Source: Patescibacteria group bacterium
Lineage (GTDB): Bacteria; Patescibacteriota; Minisyncoccia; Phycocordibacterales; GCA-2747955
DNA: 64,000 bases
Assembly (NCBI GenBank): GCA_048538215.1
Contig: JBLYPV010000001.1
Span: 333,499-397,498, forward strand
Reading direction: 5' to 3'
Numbering within the stretch: the stretch's first letter is position 1; every line of letters starts with the position of its first letter. The notes under the pieces were generated by a model. That model was not told where the DNA came from, searched no databases, and was given only the letters and a program-made list of their open reading frames with translations. Position numbers and translations under genes: made by a program. Positions 58,654-64,000 of this stretch are shown piece by piece.

Positions 58654-60342
58654 CTACATTTCATCTACTGTATCGATTCCTAAGAGATAGAGTGCGTTGT
58701 GGAGGGTCTGTCCCACGGCTTTTACTAAATCGATATTGGCGCGCATATCAGGATTGGAAGCATCGGCAATTTTGGTCTGAGCATAAAAGCTATTAAATTC
58801 TGAAGCAAGCTCGTAAGCATAGTGAGCAATGTGATGAGGCGAATAATCATCAAGTGAGCGCGTGACCATATCGGGAAATCGCAAAAGCTGGCGCTCAAGC
58901 TCTGGGGCCTTTCCTGTACGGATAGCTGGCTCACTCCCGGTAAGTAATTCTTCTGCCTCCAAGAGAGCACTTTTGGCACGCACAAAAGCATATTGAATAT
59001 AGGGTCCACTCGTGCCCTCAAATGAAAGGTCTCTTTCGAAATCAAAAACGATATTTTTGCCCGTTGCACTACGCAAGATTGCATATTTAAGCGCGGATTG
59101 AGCCACTTTTTCGGCTACTTGCTCTGGATTATCTATATCTCTCCCCTGCATTTTTTCTAATACCCGATTACCCACCTCGTATAATAAATCTTCTGCAAGA
59201 GGCACTTTGCCATCTCGAGAACTAATCTTTCCACTTGAAAGTGCCAAGCGCCCGTGATGAATAAAGTGTGATTTTTCTGACCAGCTTGGATTTATTTGCT
59301 CAACCGCTTTTTTAAGTAATTGAAAATGCTGTTTTTGCTCTATATCTGTGACCGTCAACGAACAATCAAAATTATAAGTGGCAAACTTTTTAGATATAAG
59401 CCCTGTATCTTTGCATAGGTAGGTGCCAAATCCTTGAGAATTGATGAATACATTATCAAAAAGGCCATATTTTGATCCTTCGAAAATAATCGCTCCGTCT
59501 GACTCCACAAACACACTTCCTGTGTAAGTTCGGACTATCTCCTTGCCTACTATTTCACATTCTGACTCAAAAAATAATCGTTCAAAACTACTACCTAAGC
59601 GAGTAGTGATAGATTGAAAATACTCCAAAGAAAGTGCGCGTCCTTCCTTGTATAATCTATAGGCATCAGTATCTTGGCTTTCATATATTTCTCTATTAAT
59701 TTCGTCAATACGCATCTTGGCATCTCTATCTTCTTTGTAGGCTTGCGAGCCGTGAGTATACGCCTCACCTACTTGCTCAATAGTAAATTGATTGGTGTAA
59801 GATAAATCTATCAAGCCCCAAATTGCCTTCGCTATCCCCGGTGAAACATCAGAAGGAAACGACACCGTGTGTGTTTTGGCTCCTGATATGGCGACTATGC
59901 GCTCGAGGGATGCCCCAACAAAATTATTGACCAAGTGCCCAATATGAAATGGCTTAAAAAGATTGGGAGAGCTGTGCTCTAGTAAGTATGTTTGTGTTGC
60001 AAGCTTGTCATTAGCTCCCCACTCGTTTTTAGAATCTATAATTTTTTGTTTAAGGGAAGCAAAAAATGTATTCGAAAGAATAAAATTGATATAGCCAGAG
60101 CCCGCGACCTCTACTCTATCTACTTCACTTGGGAGCCGAGCTCCCAAGTGTGTGGTGATTTGCTCGGCAAGCTCACGAGGATTTTGCCCCAATTGCTTGC
60201 CGAGCTTCATTGCTAGGGGCGTCGCAAAGTCTCCCCTACTTAATTCAACTGGGTACTCTAGCGCAATATCCCCATCATATTCTATCCCCGCCTGAGTGAC
60301 GGCATCTTGCAATAAAGTAGTGAGCTTGGCACGAATATTCAT
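58654..60342 (-). CDS. argS: arginyl-tRNA synthetase
   Basis: 'SSPNLFKPFHIGHL' HIGH-region plus the DALR anticodon-binding domain. Confidence 0.95.
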   Translation of the reverse strand: MNIRAKLTTLLQDAVTQAGIEYDGDIALEYPVELSRGDFATPLAMKLGKQLGQNPRELAEQITTHLGARLPSEVDRVEVAGSGYINFILSNTFFASLKQKIIDSKNEWGANDKLATQTYLLEHSSPNLFKPFHIGHLVNNFVGASLERIVAISGAKTHTVSFPSDVSPGIAKAIWGLIDLSYTNQFTIEQVGEAYTHGSQAYKEDRDAKMRIDEINREIYESQDTDAYRLYKEGRALSLEYFQSITTRLGSSFERLFFESECEIVGKEIVRTYTGSVFVESDGAIIFEGSKYGLFDNVFINSQGFGTYLCKDTGLISKKFATYNFDCSLTVTDIEQKQHFQLLKKAVEQINPSWSEKSHFIHHGRLALSSGKISSRDGKVPLAEDLLYEVGNRVLEKMQGRDIDNPEQVAEKVAQSALKYAILRSATGKNIVFDFERDLSFEGTSGPYIQYAFVRAKSALLEAEELLTGSEPAIRTGKAPELERQLLRFPDMVTRSLDDYSPHHIAHYAYELASEFNSFYAQTKIADASNPDMRANIDLVKAVGQTLHNALYLLGIDTVDEM

Positions 60343-60349
60343 AGCAAGA

Positions 60350-60358
60350 ATTATACCA
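60350..60358 (-). promoter_or_regulatory. extended -10 (TGGTATAAT) only about 7 nt upstream of the argS start codon. Implies a leaderless argS mRNA.
   Basis: Minus-strand 'tctctggtataat'. The same 13-mer precedes tRNA-Ser. Confidence 0.45.
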
Positions 60359-60368
60359 GAGATAGGAA

Positions 60369-60395
60369 AAGAGCGCGCCCGGAGGGCGCGCTCTT
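60369..60395 (-). terminator. Rho-independent terminator of glyA
   Basis: 'aagagcgcgccc-gga-gggcgcgctctt' followed by a T-tract on the minus strand. Confidence 0.8.
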
Positions 60396-60420
60396 AAAGC
60401 AAAATCCCAATACTCACACT

Positions 60421-61683
60421 CTAAACAAAGCTACTTGGAATGGGAAATCGTTGGCACAGATCTTTCACTGAAGCGTGCACCCTTTCTTTAATTTCTTGAT
60501 CCTGAGGGCTTCTCAAGACCTCAATCATCCACCTAGCAACTTGAGCACACTCAGCTTCTTTGAAGCCACGAGTGGTAATGGCAGGAGTCCCAAAGCGAAT
60601 ACCAGAAGGATCCATTGGCCCCCTCGGATCATCTGCAATAGAATTTTTATTGAGAGTAATTCCCACTTCGTCTAATACTACCTCTGCTTCTTTGCCAGAA
60701 ATATTCAATGAGGTCATATCCGCAAGGATCAAATGATTATCGGTGCCACCTCCCAGCATTCTTATCCCTTCTTCTCTAAAGACCTCCGCCATAGCTTGGG
60801 CATTAGCAATAATTTGTTGTGCATACTCTTTAAAGCTTGGCTTGAGTGCCTCACCAAAGGCCACTGCTTTGGCGGTAATCAAGTGCATATGTGGCCCGCC
60901 CTGGAGACCAGGGAACACTGCTTTGTTTATCTTTTTAAAAATCTCTTCATCTTCTCGTACCAAAATCATTCCACCACGTGGACCACGAAGTGTTTTGTGA
61001 GTAGTGGTAGTAATGATGTCGAAGCCCGCATGAAAAGGATTCTCAAGCACCCCTCCAGCAATCAGCCCAGCGATATGTGCCATATCAGCCATTGTAATAG
61101 CCCCTACTTCTCGAGCAATCTCGACAAATTTTTGATAATCAAGATTGCGCGAATAGGCAGAAAAGCCTGCAATGATGAGCTTTGGCTTTTCTCGAAGTGC
61201 TAGCTCGCGCATCGCCTCATAATCAATCTCTCCAGTATCAGGATTGCTCATCTTGTAAGTTGTAAACTTATATATTTTGGCAGGGTGAGTCATAGGGTGA
61301 CCATGAGTAAGGTGTCCTCCGTGAGAGAGATCCATACCCATGACTGTATCACCTGGCTCCAACAAGGCGGTGTATACCGCCAGATTAGCTGGAGCCCCCG
61401 AGAGAGGCTGTACATTAGCATAGGCACAATCAAATAACTTACAAGCTCTCTCTTGGGCAAGACGCTCGACTATATCAGTATATTCTTGCCCACCATAATA
61501 GCGCTTACCTGGATAGCCCTCGGAATATTTGTTGGTAAAAATAGAGCCTGCTGCCTCAAGTACCGCCTCTGAGACATAATTTTCAGATGGAATAAGCTCG
61601 AGCCCCTCGCTTTGACGCTTTTCCTCGCCCATTATCGCCTCATATACCTCTATATCTTGATTTTTAATGTGGTTGTATTGCAT
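60421..61683 (-). CDS. glyA: serine hydroxymethyltransferase
   Basis: PLP-lysine motif 'TTTTHKTLRGPRGG'. Confidence 0.97.
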   Translation of the reverse strand: MQYNHIKNQDIEVYEAIMGEEKRQSEGLELIPSENYVSEAVLEAAGSIFTNKYSEGYPGKRYYGGQEYTDIVERLAQERACKLFDCAYANVQPLSGAPANLAVYTALLEPGDTVMGMDLSHGGHLTHGHPMTHPAKIYKFTTYKMSNPDTGEIDYEAMRELALREKPKLIIAGFSAYSRNLDYQKFVEIAREVGAITMADMAHIAGLIAGGVLENPFHAGFDIITTTTHKTLRGPRGGMILVREDEEIFKKINKAVFPGLQGGPHMHLITAKAVAFGEALKPSFKEYAQQIIANAQAMAEVFREEGIRMLGGGTDNHLILADMTSLNISGKEAEVVLDEVGITLNKNSIADDPRGPMDPSGIRFGTPAITTRGFKEAECAQVARWMIEVLRSPQDQEIKERVHASVKDLCQRFPIPSSFV

Positions 61684-61824
61684 AAAAAATTATTATTGTC
61701 CCGGGTAAATTTTTAAGTTGTATCTATAATTGATACCACTTTAAACTAGAGCCATCCTCCCACCGCCTACTAGGATTAGTATAACAAATCTTCTATCCTT
61801 TTCAGAAAGTATATAATCGACCAT

Positions 61825-62625
61825 CTATGTAATTTTAAGGAGATTCTCAAAAAGCTTGGCTACAGCTATTGGGCCAACTCCTCCTGGGGTAGCTGAGACC
61901 AAACGAGCTTTTTTGTAGCACTCGGGGCTGATATCGCCCTCTACGCTTCCTCGCCTGGTGGCGGTGCCTGCATCAATCAGCACAACACCTTCGCGAATCA
62001 TATCACTCTTCACTATGCTTGGCACTCCGGCACCCGAAATAATAATATCCGCCTTACCCAAGATGCTCTGCTTTTGACTCTCGTCTGTATCTTTATCAAT
62101 TAACAAGGGCGCTACTTTTTGAAAGCGAAGTGCTTCCACAAGTGGCGCTCCCACAAGCCAGCCTTGCCCGATGACGGCTATTTTTTGTGATTGCCAATCG
62201 GGAACATAGCTATCGAGGATCTCGATAATTGCTAGTGCCACGGGGCTCTGTATTGTGCCCATCTTTCTTGTAGATGGATTGAGTGCATCAACATCTTTTT
62301 CTTGGGGAATGGCACCTAGGACAAGGTTGGTATCGTATCCTTCACTCAAGGGCAATTGCACAAGTAGGCCATCTACACGGGACGCCAACTCATGTATTAA
62401 GCGAAGCGCATCACTTGTACTACCCTCCTCTGGTAGAGCATAGTGCTCTACTCTCACTCCAATATCACGAGCAAATGTCTCCTTGCGAGCGACATAAGAG
62501 AGGGTGACTGGGGTGGTATTCCCTGTAATAATTCCTAAGATAGGGGCGCTACCTCGTTTGTCTATATATGACTTGAGCACCAGAGCTATCTCTGATGCTA
62601 TCTCCTTGCCATCAATTATCTCCAT
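61825..62625 (-). CDS. folD: bifunctional methylenetetrahydrofolate dehydrogenase/cyclohydrolase
   Basis: 'GVPSIVKSDMIREGVVLIDAG' NADP-binding region and 'SATPGGVGP'. Confidence 0.9.
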   Translation of the reverse strand: MEIIDGKEIASEIALVLKSYIDKRGSAPILGIITGNTTPVTLSYVARKETFARDIGVRVEHYALPEEGSTSDALRLIHELASRVDGLLVQLPLSEGYDTNLVLGAIPQEKDVDALNPSTRKMGTIQSPVALAIIEILDSYVPDWQSQKIAVIGQGWLVGAPLVEALRFQKVAPLLIDKDTDESQKQSILGKADIIISGAGVPSIVKSDMIREGVVLIDAGTATRRGSVEGDISPECYKKARLVSATPGGVGPIAVAKLFENLLKIT

Positions 62626-63299
62626 TAGTCTTCATCGTTATCATCCAGTATTCCCTCCATACCAAAGTGCTCGCTATCTTTATCTGATTCTAATTCTTTT
62701 TGAATTGCTCTATCAACATCTACCGATACGGCATCGAAATCTTGATTTGCATCAATTAAGGTATAGCTTATACCCATTTCTTGTATACCCTGCTTGTATC
62801 CTTGATAGATACGGCTTTGATACTCCATTGAGTACTGATCAAAGGAATCAGTATCACCATTTCGTGTGCCTTCCAAGCGCTTAAACGATTCTTCGGGTGG
62901 AATATCTAAAAAAATATAATGCGGATTGATACCTACTGATATGAATTGAGCTTGGGTCTCAAGTAGGTGCTCGAGCACATCATCACGCCCTGATAGATAG
63001 ACTTGATAGGCAAAAGTGGAAAGCTGAAAGCGATCACAAAATACTATCTTTCCTGCCTCCAGAGCTGGAGCTATATTTTCTATTACATTTTGCCAGCGCG
63101 CAGCATGTACTAAATAAAGCTGAGCTACAGGATCAAGATTGCCTGCCTGGGCAAACAAGAGCTCTCGAATTTCCTCACCTGCTTTGGTGGCTCCTGGCTC
63201 ACGCACAAACACGGCATCAGGATATTTTTGTTTGAGCCGTTCTATTTGGGTGGATTTACCTGAGCCACCCACCCCTTCTAGAACAATAAATTTTGACAT
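62625..63299 (-). CDS. tmk: thymidylate kinase
   Basis: P-loop 'LEGVGGSGKSTQ' and the 'DRFQLSTFAYQ' motif. Confidence 0.8.
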   Translation of the reverse strand: MSKFIVLEGVGGSGKSTQIERLKQKYPDAVFVREPGATKAGEEIRELLFAQAGNLDPVAQLYLVHAARWQNVIENIAPALEAGKIVFCDRFQLSTFAYQVYLSGRDDVLEHLLETQAQFISVGINPHYIFLDIPPEESFKRLEGTRNGDTDSFDQYSMEYQSRIYQGYKQGIQEMGISYTLIDANQDFDAVSVDVDRAIQKELESDKDSEHFGMEGILDDNDED

Positions 63300-63320
63300 A
63301 TATATTATTGTATCAAACTA

Positions 63321-63845
63321 TTATATATCTTTGGAGCTTGCTCGAGAGTATAAAGAAAAAACAAGGTCCCGATTATTTTTAGTATCAGCAGGGCAAACTA
63401 CACGACTGGTCTCGACCAGGTCTTGCTTGAGAATATCGATGGGAAAAAAAGTATCACAATTATAGGCATCCCCTTCAATATGAGTAATGTATACATCATC
63501 TACTAAGCCTGCTTCAATAAACTGTCGATATATCTCCGCCCCACCTACCACAAATGCTTCATTTGTGGTGTAGCTATCTTCAATCTGCCTAATCGCATCC
63601 TCAATTGAATGAACTACAGTGACTCGTGTATCCTCAACGGTGAATGACGCATCTCGTGTGATAACAAAAGTATGTCTCCCGGGGAGCACCCCCATATCTT
63701 GAAAATTTTTGCGTCCGGTAATAATTGGGTGCCCAAGAGTCTTTTGTTTGAAATAGGCAAAATCTGCTGGTAGGTGCCAAGGTATATTACCATTTTTACC
63801 AATACCCCATTTGGCATCACAAGCTACTATAAGTGACACTTTCAT
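63321..63845 (-). CDS. folA: dihydrofolate reductase
   Basis: 'SLIVACDAKWGIGKNGNIPWHLPADFAYFKQKT'. Confidence 0.9.
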   Translation of the reverse strand: MKVSLIVACDAKWGIGKNGNIPWHLPADFAYFKQKTLGHPIITGRKNFQDMGVLPGRHTFVITRDASFTVEDTRVTVVHSIEDAIRQIEDSYTTNEAFVVGGAEIYRQFIEAGLVDDVYITHIEGDAYNCDTFFPIDILKQDLVETSRVVCPADTKNNRDLVFSLYSRASSKDI

Positions 63846-63906
63846 ACTGAGAGTATAGCAAATTGTGATAGAATTATCGTATTAGCTAATACAATCAACC
63901 CCGCTT

Positions 63907-64000
63907 ATGAAACAATATCTTGATGCGCTCGATCATATTATGAAGGAAGGCACGGATCGCGAAGGACGCAATGGTATGACCCGTTCTGTATTTGCGATAC
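63907..64000 (+). CDS. thyA: thymidylate synthase (5' fragment, continues beyond the window)
   Basis: 'MKQYLDALDHIMKEGTDREGRNGMTRSVFAI' is a ThyA N-terminus, divergent from folA. Confidence 0.8.
   Translation, partial: MKQYLDALDHIMKEGTDREGRNGMTRSVFAI

Noticed and set aside
1126-62884. Numerous 60-170-aa ORFs embedded in or antisense to large conserved genes. Examples are 1126..1365, 6868..7149, 8675..8920, 14027..14245, 24476..24679, 31221..31613, 50675..51175, 53031..53405 and 60733..61203.
   Set aside because: They lie wholly inside high-confidence genes on the opposite strand or in an alternative frame. They lack RBS and conservation signals.
23866-64000. Whether the host itself uses a TGA-sense code, prompted by the TGA-interrupted island gene.
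   Set aside because: All long housekeeping ORFs are intact under the standard code. This includes dnaE at 1081 aa, ileS at 1204 aa, gyrB and topA, and many of them terminate at TGA. The host therefore uses TGA as stop.

Overview
Low-GC bacterial chromosomal segment of about 64 kb that uses the standard genetic code. All long housekeeping ORFs are intact with TGA as a stop codon. It is densely packed with core genes: valS 3' end, class I fbaB, gyrB, rnr, smc, topA, rpmB, infC-rpmI-rplT, rnhB, truB, mreCB, dnaE, thrS, mnmA, trhO, tgt, prfA-prmC, a rearranged ribosomal-protein cluster with tuf-rpsJ, ileS, argS, and glyA-folD-tmk-folA/thyA. The short synthetases (ThrRS lacking its N-terminal TGS region), short DnaE and SMC, and several type IV pilins suggest a reduced-genome, possibly CPR/Patescibacteria-like organism. 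This placement is an inference. Accessory content is as follows. (1) A complete diversity-generating retroelement (DGR) at 2538-5122 on the minus strand: RT, 141-bp TR, avd, a 47-bp hairpin, and a 141-bp VR at the 3' end of a type IV pilin-like target gene. TR and VR differ only at TR adenines. (2) A lower-GC island at about 33.85-38.1 kb, downstream of tRNA-Ser. It carries a putative Type II restriction-modification pair, a 58-aa membrane peptide, and a VWA-like gene whose single reading frame is broken only by two in-frame TGA codons, the first inside a Gly-rich repeat. (3) A tRNA-Leu locus with two 101-bp tandem pseudo-tRNA repeats upstream and a 22-bp direct repeat of the tRNA 3' end downstream. 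(4) A 40-48 bp palindromic element present in three intergenic copies. (5) A GC-rich 450-nt structured region between ileS and argS with its own promoter and terminator, a candidate RNase P RNA. (6) A roughly 180-aa histidine-phosphatase-like insertion inside IleRS. Coordinates derived by hand may be off by 1-2 nt.
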